From NCBI GenBank assembly GCA_958352885.1, contig CATWQI010000004.1:112179-176178 (forward strand): 64,000 bases of DNA, read 5' to 3'. Below the pieces are notes generated by a model that did not search any database, was not told the DNA's origin, and worked only from the letters and a program-made list of their open reading frames with translations. Within the stretch, counting starts at the first letter, position 1, and every line of letters begins with the position of its first letter. The translations under genes and the position numbers were made by a program. This document shows positions 46,636 to 55,214 of the stretch, in pieces. The DNA comes from an uncultured Duncaniella sp. (GTDB lineage Bacteria > Bacteroidota > Bacteroidia > Bacteroidales > Muribaculaceae).

Positions 46636-47330
46636 CCGAGCACGCTGTTTTTGGGTTTTGTCGCCTGAAAATCTTTTATATAGTTAGGCACGCTGTAAGC
46701 TGTGTCAAGGAAATCGCGCTGGGAGTAAGCACGTTCGGCAAGCGCTATCATGTCGATGGCGAGCGGCACTATTTCCGGAACGAATGTGGCATTGGGAGCC
46801 TTGATTACCTCTTTGGCTTTGTCACTACCGTTCCCGAAAAACAGGACCTTGCTACCGGAAGCAAGTATGTCGGCATAGCTGCTCTCGTCAAGAATCAAAG
46901 GCTGTTGTCCCATGACATCCTGTAGTGCGAAATCATATGCGGCAGTATAGACTTCCATGCGCCTGGCATCAATCATGGGGACAAAAATCTCATCGCCCTC
47001 AAGCTCACGGGTGAACATGACCTGGCAAGCCAGAAGTTGGAGGGTATTTACTCCTATCAGGGGTATGTCAAGTGCGTAGGCGAGTCCTTTTGCTTCTGAG
47101 AGACCAATGCGCAGACCCGTGTAGCTGCCGGGACCCATTGACACGGCGACAGCATCAAGTTTGAGTTCCTTTTCCCTTGCGAAGTCAAGACAGTACTTGA
47201 TATAGTCGCTCAGGAGTGCGGCATGATTGCGACCTTCCATATCTTCCTGATGGGCAAGGACCATTCCCTCTGCAGTGAGGGCTACTGAGCACACATTGGT
47301 GGATGTTTCAATATTGAGAATGACAGCCAT
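46632..47330 (-). CDS. tsaB: tRNA threonylcarbamoyladenosine biosynthesis protein TsaB
   Basis: ILNIETSTNVCSVAL...GPGSYTGLRIGLSEAKGLA. 232 aa. No catalytic His pair, as expected for TsaB rather than TsaD. Confidence 0.85.
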   Translation of the reverse strand: MAVILNIETSTNVCSVALTAEGMVLAHQEDMEGRNHAALLSDYIKYCLDFAREKELKLDAVAVSMGPGSYTGLRIGLSEAKGLAYALDIPLIGVNTLQLLACQVMFTRELEGDEIFVPMIDARRMEVYTAAYDFALQDVMGQQPLILDESSYADILASGSKVLFFGNGSDKAKEVIKAPNATFVPEIVPLAIDMIALAERAYSQRDFLDTAYSVPNYIKDFQATKPKNSVLG

Positions 47331-47370
47331 AGCTATGGTGTTTTGCTTAAATAAATCGGAAAAACTTACA

Positions 47371-47378
47371 CAAAGTTA
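47371..47378 (-). promoter_or_regulatory. -7 box TAacTTTG (minus strand) for tsaB
   Basis: Plus strand caaagtta, 41 nt from the tsaB start. Confidence 0.4.
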
Positions 47379-47400
47379 CTGGTTTATCACGAGAAAATTG

Positions 47401-47408
47401 TAATTTTG
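47401..47408 (+). promoter_or_regulatory. -7 promoter box TAatTTTG upstream of yicC
   Basis: Exact motif 58 nt upstream of ATG 47466. Confidence 0.4.
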
Positions 47409-47465
47409 TGGTAGAAATATTAGCTAATACTGCTCCTGAGGAGCTGAATTTTTAACACAGTCAGT

Positions 47466-48341
47466 ATGTTATACTCTATGACAGGGTTCGGGAAGTCCGT
47501 AACGGAGGTTCCCGGCAAGAAAATCACGGTTGAGATTAAATCGCTTAACAGCAAACAGATTGATATAGCTGCGCGAGTTCCCTCTTCCTTACGTGAACAC
47601 GAATTGCAGATGCGCAATGCTCTTGCACATCTACTGGAGCGCGGAAAGGTGGATCTGACCGTCTATGTTGAGGCGGTGGCAGCCGATGCAAGCATGCGCT
47701 TCAATATCCCTGTGCTACAGGCATACAAGCGTGAGGTCGAGGAGATGGCGAAGTCTCTTGGAATTCCTGTACCGGCTGACTGGTATAGCGTGCTCCTTCG
47801 TTTCCCGGATGTGATGAGGTCCGATTCTGTTACCGAGGCTGATGCGACTGAGGTCGAGAGTGTAATGAATACACTGAATGAGGCAGCTGAAGCACTCATG
47901 AAATTCCGCCGCACGGAAGGAGAGAAACTTGAGGCGTTTTTCACTGTGCGAATCGAAAAGATTCGAGAATTGCTTGCGCAGGTTCCACGGTTCGAGGGGG
48001 AACGCATTGTCAAGATACGGACTCGCATGGAGGAAGGATTAGCTAAGATTCAGACTATCGACTATGACAAGTCACGCCTTGAACAGGAACTGTTCTTCTA
48101 TATAGAGAAACTTGATGTCAAAGAGGAGAAGCAGCGTCTGGCACAGCACCTGAACTATTTCATGGAGACTATGGGCGGACCGAAAGGGCAGGGCAAGAAG
48201 CTCGGGTTCATAACCCAGGAAATAGGGCGTGAAATCAACACCCTCGGTTCCAAGAGCAATCATGCGGAGATGCAGAAACTCGTGGTGCAGATGAAGGATG
48301 TGCTTGAGCAGATAAAGGAACAGGTGCTTAATGTGATGTAA
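47466..48341 (+). CDS. yicC: YicC/YloC-family protein (endoribonuclease)
   Basis: MLYSMTGFGKS N-terminus, and the C-terminal DUF1732 region (ITQEIGREINTLGSKSN). Confidence 0.85.
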   Translation: MLYSMTGFGKSVTEVPGKKITVEIKSLNSKQIDIAARVPSSLREHELQMRNALAHLLERGKVDLTVYVEAVAADASMRFNIPVLQAYKREVEEMAKSLGIPVPADWYSVLLRFPDVMRSDSVTEADATEVESVMNTLNEAAEALMKFRRTEGEKLEAFFTVRIEKIRELLAQVPRFEGERIVKIRTRMEEGLAKIQTIDYDKSRLEQELFFYIEKLDVKEEKQRLAQHLNYFMETMGGPKGQGKKLGFITQEIGREINTLGSKSNHAEMQKLVVQMKDVLEQIKEQVLNVM

Positions 48342-48356
48342 TCCGGAATATACGCT

Positions 48357-48926
48357 ATGAATGGAAAAGTAATAATAATTTCCGCTCCTTCAGGCTGCGG
48401 AAAATCCACAATAATCAATGCTCTTCTTGAAAAAGGGGAGATAGACATGCGATTCTCCATTTCAGCTACCAACCGTCAGCCAAGGGCAGGAGAGGTACAC
48501 GGCGTGAACTATTATTTCCTTACTGACGAGGAGTTCCGCCGTCACATATCGGACGATGCTTTTGTTGAGTATGAGGAGGTATACCCCGGACGATTTTACG
48601 GTACTCTTAAAAGCGAAATAGCCCGTATAACCGGCGAAGGTCACAATGTGATACTTGACATTGATGTGAAAGGCGGTGTCAATGTGAAGAAAATGTTTGG
48701 CGACGAGGCTATAAGCATTTTCATCAAGCCGCCAAGCGTGGAGGCTTTGCGTCAACGTCTTCTGGGACGAGCCACTGACTCTATGGAAGCTATAGAGCAG
48801 AGGGTCAGCAAGGCGGAATATGAGATTTCGTTTGCACCGGAATTTGATGTCACTGTTGTGAACGACGATTTGGCGCAGGCGATAGAAGAGATTGAGACTG
48901 TGATAAAGAAGTTCGTTGCCGCATAG
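48357..48926 (+). CDS. gmk: Guanylate kinase
   Basis: P-loop SAPSGCGKST. ...ATNRQPRAGEVHGVNYYF matches the GK signature. Confidence 0.9.
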   Translation: MNGKVIIISAPSGCGKSTIINALLEKGEIDMRFSISATNRQPRAGEVHGVNYYFLTDEEFRRHISDDAFVEYEEVYPGRFYGTLKSEIARITGEGHNVILDIDVKGGVNVKKMFGDEAISIFIKPPSVEALRQRLLGRATDSMEAIEQRVSKAEYEISFAPEFDVTVVNDDLAQAIEEIETVIKKFVAA

Positions 48927-48982
48927 ATGCGAGCAGGGGACTTGTGGTAGGCGTCATCTAAAAATAATTCAGTAATATAGGC

Positions 48983-49564
48983 ATGACAATCGGGATTCTT
49001 GGCGGATCATTCAATCCTGTCCATATAGGGCACATGATGTTGGCGAGCTATATGCAGCAATATGGCGGTTTTGACGAGGTGTGGCTTAATCTTTCGCCGC
49101 TCAATCCGTTGAAAGCCAATCCGGAGGAACTTATCCCGGATGTCCAAAGACTGAATATGCTTGATATCGCCATGGGAAATACCAAGGGGCTTAAAGTGTG
49201 TGACATAGAATTGTCAATGCCTAAACCATCGTATACCATCAACACGCTCCGTTATCTGGAAAAACGCTATCCCAGGCATATATTCAAACTGATAATAGGT
49301 AGCGACAACTGGAAGATATTTGACCAGTGGAAAGGAGCGGAGGAGATAAAGTCGGATTTCGGAGTAGTGGTGTATCCGCGCCCGGGGTATGCTGTAGGGA
49401 CAGTATATGACGATGGTGTCGATGTAGTCACAGCGCCGACAGCTGACATTTCGAGTACTTTTATCCGCAATGCTCTCGCAAGGGGAAAGGATATGAACTA
49501 TTTCCTGCCTGCGGGTGTCTATGAGTATATCAAAAATAATGAACTTTATGGAGTTAAACACTAA
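48983..49564 (+). CDS. nadD: Nicotinate-nucleotide adenylyltransferase
   Basis: GGSFNPVHIGH (HxGH nucleotidyltransferase motif). ISSTFIR (ISST motif). Confidence 0.9.
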   Translation: MTIGILGGSFNPVHIGHMMLASYMQQYGGFDEVWLNLSPLNPLKANPEELIPDVQRLNMLDIAMGNTKGLKVCDIELSMPKPSYTINTLRYLEKRYPRHIFKLIIGSDNWKIFDQWKGAEEIKSDFGVVVYPRPGYAVGTVYDDGVDVVTAPTADISSTFIRNALARGKDMNYFLPAGVYEYIKNNELYGVKH

Positions 49565-50075
49565 TTCTCTGGCATTCATAGGGCTGTGCAATGAATATTG
49601 CGTGGCGGTGGAAAATGCGGCGGATTCCGGTCGTCGTGGTTTTGTGACAGATATGCTGCGGCTTCTTCCGAGGATATATATCGCCGCTTCCGATCTTGTA
49701 GTCACACCCCCAGTGGATGAGGAGGATATGCCGTATATCGACAGCTATCTTGACGAGGATTACTATGAGTCAATCCGCAGGCAGATTGAGAATATGCTCG
49801 GACCGGATGATGTGTATCTCGAAGTGTTCGAAGAGGATATGAAATACTCGGACACGCCTATAGGCGCAAGTGTGGCAGAGGGTGTGTGTGATATATTCCA
49901 GGTGCTGTACAATTTCATAACCATGGTGCGTGACGCTCCGTCGGAAGCTGTTGGTGATGCGCTTACGGCTGTCAAGGACGACTTTGACAATTACTGGAGC
50001 CAAAAGCTCTGCAACCTTCTGCGCCCGCTGAATCATCTGCGTTACACTGCGGCTGACGATGAGGAGGATATTTGA
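49548..50075 (+). CDS. Acidic cytoplasmic hypothetical protein conserved downstream of nadD (DUF5063-like)
   Basis: Overlaps the nadD 3' end. Very acidic (DEEDMPYIDSYLDEDYYE...AADDEEDI). Family name unverified. Confidence 0.5.
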   Translation: MELNTNSLAFIGLCNEYCVAVENAADSGRRGFVTDMLRLLPRIYIAASDLVVTPPVDEEDMPYIDSYLDEDYYESIRRQIENMLGPDDVYLEVFEEDMKYSDTPIGASVAEGVCDIFQVLYNFITMVRDAPSEAVGDALTAVKDDFDNYWSQKLCNLLRPLNHLRYTAADDEEDI

Positions 50076-51609
50076 TTGGAATGCAATCCGATATCTGCCG
50101 TCAGTAATGATAGCATATGTCACCATCGCTTGTGGGGTGGTGTATTGGTTTATGCCCTACTCAGGAGATGACTTGGCTTACTTGGGCGCTTTTCACGGGC
50201 TTAACGGATGTGCGACAGGATATTACGATGCGGTTTTCGATTTTTCTCCTCGCTGGGTGGTGAGACATTGGGTGTATGTGAACGGACGTTTCGCCAATAA
50301 TCTGTACACTTTTGTAGCTCTCTGGTTTCCACACATGGTCAATGCGCTCATTGTCTCTGTTTCCATCGGTGCTATGCTATGGGTGACGCTCAAGCTTTCA
50401 GGATTTGGCACTCGGGATGTTGCCGGCAAAATGCTGCTGATATCCATTATAGCCTTTGCTTTGCCGTGGTGGGACTCGTTCATGGTCTACGATGTAGTGT
50501 ATAATTATGTGGTCGGAGCCGTGGCGGTGTTGGGGATGACAGGGGTATTTCTGTACCGAAGGGTATGGCTTTCGCAGTCTTCAAGGCCGATGCTTGCCCT
50601 GTGGTGTTGTCTGTCTTTTCTGGCAGGCGGAATGCATGAAGCTGCATCTGTGCCGGTGTTGGTCGCCATGCTTTTCTATCTGTGGCTTACGAATGGCTTT
50701 TCTCAGTTTGACAATAATGTGAAATTGACGGGATGGTGCTTTGTGGCAGGTGCCGCATGGTGCTTTTTCTCTCCGGGAATATGGGCGCGCTTGGGTTCCG
50801 GCTATGAGCCGGACGATGAGTTATGGCTACTGCTGTTGAAATCGGACATGATACCGATGCTGCTGTATGCCTTCATAATGGTGAGTGTATTGACCCGGAA
50901 AGGGCGTAACAGACTATCCATGATGCTCAAGTCTCCTTGGGCGGTATTTGTCATCGCATCGTTCGGGTCGTTCCTGTTCAGTGCCGTGTCAGGTGTCGTG
51001 GGACGGAGCGGGTGGTTTGCGACACTCTATGCCCTCGTGGCTCTCTTTATGTGGGGGAATATGAATAAATGGAGGTTAGGACCTGTTACGGGTGCTGTTA
51101 TGGCGCTGGTGCTTGCCGTTCTTGTTGCGATTCATTATTTTGAGTTCGCCAAATGGCAGATTAGGGTCGGGAGCGAGACAAGGGAGTTGGAGAGGCTGTA
51201 TGCCGGTTCGGAGTCAGGTGCGGTATATATCGATGCCACACGTGATACGGAAGTGCCTGTGTGGGTGCTCGGCAAGACAAGGGGCATTCCGGATGCTGAC
51301 GACTATTATCAGATGATATGCTTCGACGGATATTTTGGGGGTGGAAATAAGAGGTTGGTTGTGCTTCCGCTTGAGGTTAAAGAGGTGTTGCCCGGTGCGA
51401 TAGGGGAAAGGGGCGTTCACCTCGGTAACGGGGATATGCTGACATGTGCTGTTCCTGAAGGTGCATATTATCATTCGAACACAAAGGAGCCGGGCGGTGT
51501 CATGCTGTGGCGTAACGAAGAGGAAGAGTATGTGGTGACACCATTCACACATTACGGCGAGATGCTTTATCACATCTCCCCAAGGATAGCTGACCCCGGT
51601 GACAGATAA
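50059..51609 (+). CDS. Polytopic membrane protein, possible GT-C-fold glycosyltransferase
   Basis: About 11 TM helices in the N-terminal 360 aa. A DD motif (PYSGDDLAYL) in the first extracytoplasmic loop after TM1, as in GT-C enzymes. Soluble C-terminal region of about 150 aa. 17-nt overlap with the upstream gene. Confidence 0.55.
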   Translation: MRRIFDWNAIRYLPSVMIAYVTIACGVVYWFMPYSGDDLAYLGAFHGLNGCATGYYDAVFDFSPRWVVRHWVYVNGRFANNLYTFVALWFPHMVNALIVSVSIGAMLWVTLKLSGFGTRDVAGKMLLISIIAFALPWWDSFMVYDVVYNYVVGAVAVLGMTGVFLYRRVWLSQSSRPMLALWCCLSFLAGGMHEAASVPVLVAMLFYLWLTNGFSQFDNNVKLTGWCFVAGAAWCFFSPGIWARLGSGYEPDDELWLLLLKSDMIPMLLYAFIMVSVLTRKGRNRLSMMLKSPWAVFVIASFGSFLFSAVSGVVGRSGWFATLYALVALFMWGNMNKWRLGPVTGAVMALVLAVLVAIHYFEFAKWQIRVGSETRELERLYAGSESGAVYIDATRDTEVPVWVLGKTRGIPDADDYYQMICFDGYFGGGNKRLVVLPLEVKEVLPGAIGERGVHLGNGDMLTCAVPEGAYYHSNTKEPGGVMLWRNEEEEYVVTPFTHYGEMLYHISPRIADPGDR

Positions 51610-51646
51610 TACAATTAAAAGAATCACAAATTAATATAGTAAAATT

Positions 51647-52099
51647 ATGTCAATCTTAAAAGAGAATCTCCCGATAGGTTTTTGCAGTGACCACGCGGGG
51701 TATGAAATGAAAATGATGCTTCAAGGCTACCTGGATTCAATGGGCATCAAGTACAAGGATTTCGGCACATTCTCAGCTGACAGCTGTGACTATGCCGACT
51801 TTGCGCATCCATGTGCCACAGCTGTGGAAAATGGTGAGTGCTATCCCGGAATAGCGCTGTGTGGTTCAGGCAATGGTATAGGAATCACTCTTAACAAGCA
51901 TCAGGGTATACGTGCGGCGATTTGCTGGAATGTGGAGCTTGCCGAGCTTGCACGCCGTCACAATGATGCCAATGTGCTTGTTCTTCCCGCCCGCTTCATT
52001 GATAATGTGACTGCGATAAATATCATGGAGAAATTCCTTGAATCGCCATTTGACGGTGGACGTCATGCCAATCGAATAGCGAAGATTCCTGTACATTAA
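51647..52099 (+). CDS. rpiB: Ribose-5-phosphate isomerase B
   Basis: IGFCSDHAGYEMK...ALCGSGNGIGITLNKHQGIRAA matches RpiB/LacAB signature motifs. 150 aa. Confidence 0.9.
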   Translation: MSILKENLPIGFCSDHAGYEMKMMLQGYLDSMGIKYKDFGTFSADSCDYADFAHPCATAVENGECYPGIALCGSGNGIGITLNKHQGIRAAICWNVELAELARRHNDANVLVLPARFIDNVTAINIMEKFLESPFDGGRHANRIAKIPVH

Positions 52100-52214
52100 G
52101 TTCCTGTTTGGCAAATTAGCGGGAAGGTTTTTATCTTTTCGCACTTTTCAGGGAGTTCTGACTGTATATTTGCATTACAAATTCAAATAAAATCATTACT
52201 GTCCGCTGAACTAT

Positions 52215-52265
52215 AAAAGGGCAAGCCCAACTTCTGCTATTCAAGAAGTTGGGCTCGCCCTTTTG
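52215..52265. terminator. Bidirectional intrinsic terminator (about 16-bp stem, one mismatch) flanked by A4/T4
   Basis: aaaagggcaagcccaacttc ... gaagttgggctcgcccttttg. It serves rpiB (+) and lies 275 nt downstream of the rho stop (-). Confidence 0.6.
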
Positions 52266-52541
52266 CGTACGACAAACCCCCTCAACGGTTTTCTGTATCC
52301 TCAGATGGCGATTCGGAGGTTTCGGCAAGCATAATATTACGGTCTATGTCGGGCTGATTGAGGAATTACAATTTCCGCAATTTTTCCGCAATTAATTTCA
52401 CCATTTTGCGACAATAAGGCTTAAAATTGAGACAAAAAATTTAAGCCAAAACAAAAATTTTAGTTGTCACATCCCGGCTGCTCATCTTTGAGGTATGGAG
52501 CGAATGTGGAGATCAGAGCATCGGTTACATTTGATGACGGT

Positions 52542-54686
52542 TTAGTCACCCATGGTGCGGAGAAGCTCGTCGTTGTCGGAGGTGCGTTCCATTCGGTCTT
52601 TGATGAATTCCATCGCCTCGATGGAGTTCCTGTCGCTAAGGAAGCGCCGCAGAATCCACATCCGGTTGAGTGTCTCATTGCGAAGGAGGAGGTCGTCACG
52701 ACGAGTACTTGATGCCATGATGTCGACGGCAGGGAATATACGCTTGTTGGAGAGTTTGCGGTCAAGCTGAAGCTCCATGTTGCCGGTACCCTTGAATTCC
52801 TCGAAGATAACTTCGTCCATCTTTGAGCTGGTCTCGGTGAGCGCAGTGGCAATGATGGTGAGTGAGCCGCCGTTCTCAATGTTACGGGCAGCGCCGAAGA
52901 AACGTTTGGGTTTCTGGAGGGCATTGGCGTCGACACCGCCTGACAATATCTTGCCTGAAGCGGGAGCGCAGGTGTTGTAGGCACGGGCGAGGCGGGTGAT
53001 TGAGTCAAGCAGAATCACTACATCATGACCGCATTCCACCATTCGTTTTGCCTTTTCAAGTACTATTGAGGCTATTTTCACGTGACGGTCTGCCGGTTCG
53101 TCAAATGTTGATGCGATGACTTCGGCGTTTACGCTGCGGCTCATGTCAGTCACTTCCTCAGGACGTTCGTCAATAAGGAGGATCATGATATAAGTTTCAG
53201 GGTGATTCTCGGCTATCGCATTTGCAATGTCCTTAAGCAGGATAGTTTTACCAGTCTTGGGCGGAGCGACTATCAGACCGCGCTGGCCCTTGCCGATAGG
53301 TGAGAACATGTCAACGACTCGGGTGGATATGTTGCTGCTACGACCAGATGTCAGGTCGAATTTCTCATCCGGGAATAGTGGTGTAAGGTGTTCAAATGCC
53401 ACTCTGTCACGGATATACTCGGGAGAACGGCCGTTTATGCTCTTTACAGATGATAGCGGGAAGTATTTTTCGCCTTCTTTTGGTGGACGGATTGTGGCGT
53501 CTACCACGTCACCGGTCTTTAGTCCGTATTGCTTGATTTGCTGCTGTGAGACGAGCACATCGTCGGGCGATGCAAGATAGTTGTAATCGCTTGAACGGAG
53601 GAATCCGTATCCTTCAGGTACGATTTCAAGTACGCCAGAAGCTTCAATAATACCATCAAAATTATATTGTTGCTGCTTCTGCTGATTATTGTCGAAACCC
53701 TGTTGGTTCTTATTGCGATTTTTCTTATTCTTTTTATTGTTCTGTTGCTGCTGCTTCTCCATGCCCGGTTCGCCGATAACTATAGGAGCTGCAGCTGCGG
53801 CAGCCTGTGCAGCCTGTGCAGCTTGAGCCGCCTGTTCTTTCTCCTGCTGGCTGCGGGGCGCGAAAGTCCTGCCTCCTGCACGTGGGAAGAAAGAGCCGAG
53901 TGAAGTCTCATTCCGGTTGTTGCCGTGGACGAATACGCCTTTTTGACGTTGTGGGGCGTTGTTCTCCGGAGCAGGTTTGTTGTCTCCTGCTTCGATGTTG
54001 CTGTTATCGGTTGTTTCGGGTGAGGCAGTCTCTGGTTTCTCTTCCGGAGAGGCGTCGCGTTGTGCTGGGGGGAGCAGCATTTGAGCAGTGTCGCTATCGG
54101 CTGATTGTTGTGCCGGTGCTATCGGCTCGGAGGCCTTTGTCTCCTGCGCAGGGATGTTTTGCTGGCGAGCCGGTCTGCCGCGTTTACGTTTGGGCTGGAT
54201 TTCAGCTTCGGGCTGTGATGGCGCCTCAGCTGTTTTATTTGCGTTGTCGTCAGTCGCTATAGAAGCAGCGGGTTCTGCTGATTCAACAGTTTCCTGAGGC
54301 TGTGTCGATGCAACGGGTTGTTCGGCATTTTTAGGCTTGCGACCACGACGTTTTGGCGCATTGGCCTCAGGGGCGACTGGTTGTTCCGTGGATTCGGTTG
54401 CTTCAGGGTTATCAGTGTTTCCGGGGATATCTGTAGCTGCCTGTTTTGCTGTCTGACGCTGCTTTTTCTCCTTATTATTATCCTTTGCCTCCTTCTTGTT
54501 ACGGCGTTGCTTGCCATTGGAGGCAGTGGCTGCCGAAGCGGAAGCCACATTTACGGCTTGCTTGTCAAGGATTTCGTAGACTAAAGTTTCTTTGTCGTCA
54601 GTGTTGATTTTCTTTATACCGATGGACTCAGCGACTTCACGAAGCTTATTGTCGTCCATATCGTATAATTCGGATAGATTGTACAT
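52542..54686 (-). CDS. rho: Transcription termination factor Rho with large low-complexity N-terminal insertion
   Basis: C-terminal RecA-like ATPase ([15 protein letters not shown]), Q-loop/R-loop regions, and an OB-fold CSD ([14 protein letters not shown]). N-terminal roughly 300 aa are Q/N/K/A/E/P-rich, including [16 protein letters not shown] and [24 protein letters not shown]. Confidence 0.9.
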   Translation of the reverse strand: MYNLSELYDMDDNKLREVAESIGIKKINTDDKETLVYEILDKQAVNVASASAATASNGKQRRNKKEAKDNNKEKKQRQTAKQAATDIPGNTDNPEATESTEQPVAPEANAPKRRGRKPKNAEQPVASTQPQETVESAEPAASIATDDNANKTAEAPSQPEAEIQPKRKRGRPARQQNIPAQETKASEPIAPAQQSADSDTAQMLLPPAQRDASPEEKPETASPETTDNSNIEAGDNKPAPENNAPQRQKGVFVHGNNRNETSLGSFFPRAGGRTFAPRSQQEKEQAAQAAQAAQAAAAAAPIVIGEPGMEKQQQQNNKKNKKNRNKNQQGFDNNQQKQQQYNFDGIIEASGVLEIVPEGYGFLRSSDYNYLASPDDVLVSQQQIKQYGLKTGDVVDATIRPPKEGEKYFPLSSVKSINGRSPEYIRDRVAFEHLTPLFPDEKFDLTSGRSSNISTRVVDMFSPIGKGQRGLIVAPPKTGKTILLKDIANAIAENHPETYIMILLIDERPEEVTDMSRSVNAEVIASTFDEPADRHVKIASIVLEKAKRMVECGHDVVILLDSITRLARAYNTCAPASGKILSGGVDANALQKPKRFFGAARNIENGGSLTIIATALTETSSKMDEVIFEEFKGTGNMELQLDRKLSNKRIFPAVDIMASSTRRDDLLLRNETLNRMWILRRFLSDRNSIEAMEFIKDRMERTSDNDELLRTMGD

Positions 54687-55078
54687 ATAATAATGTAAGG
54701 AGCTAAAGTTGATAGTTCTTCGTTAATTTTAGTGTAATTTGCCTACTTCTTTAATGAATTACGGGAATTTTGCAGATGTTTCCATCTATCATCACAAAGT
54801 GAGACTTGACTACGGAAAATCCGTGACAGTCAATTCGATTTCTTCAAGAATAGGGAAATATGTTCTGTTGCCAATCCTATTTGTCTGCCGGTGGGCAGAG
54901 TGATATAACAGGAGTTGACGTGCCGAACAGCACATAAGGTTCCGGACGGATTACGTCCGCATGATGAAAATAAAAAAATGATTGAGTTGTTCTTGCTGTT
55001 TTACATCTGCTCCGAATATTGAAACCGATAATCGATAACCTGATATTAATAATGTAGACGGGGCTTTGTAAACTGATG

Positions 55079-55086
55079 CAAAGGTA
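55079..55086 (-). promoter_or_regulatory. -7 box TAccTTTG (minus strand), candidate rho promoter giving a roughly 385-nt leader
   Basis: Plus strand caaaggta. It is the only TAnnTTTG match on the minus strand between rho and nusB. Confidence 0.35.
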
Positions 55087-55160
55087 CAATCAATTTTATA
55101 ATTTAACAACAAATTGAGAGAAAAAGTTGGTCTCATACCTGTTTATTGCGGAAAAATGCC

Positions 55161-55168
55161 TAAATTTG
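55161..55168 (+). promoter_or_regulatory. -7 promoter box TAaaTTTG upstream of nusB
   Basis: Exact motif 47 nt upstream of ATG 55215. Confidence 0.4.
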
Positions 55169-55214
55169 CAGCGTAAAAGTTGTTTGCAAAAATAAAAATT
55201 AGTTCATTAAAGTC

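Noticed and set aside
47433-47444. Palindrome ctcctgaggagc in the tsaB-yicC intergenic region
   Set aside because: It is a short 12-bp palindrome with no flanking U-tract and no second half-site. It is likely fortuitous.
52460-53008. Minus-strand 182-aa ORF and plus-strand ORFs 53227..54584 overlapping rho
   Set aside because: They are alternative-frame or antisense ORFs inside rho, kept open by low-complexity repeats of the Rho N-terminal insertion. Compositions are P/T/S-rich or Cys/Leu-rich and non-proteinlike.
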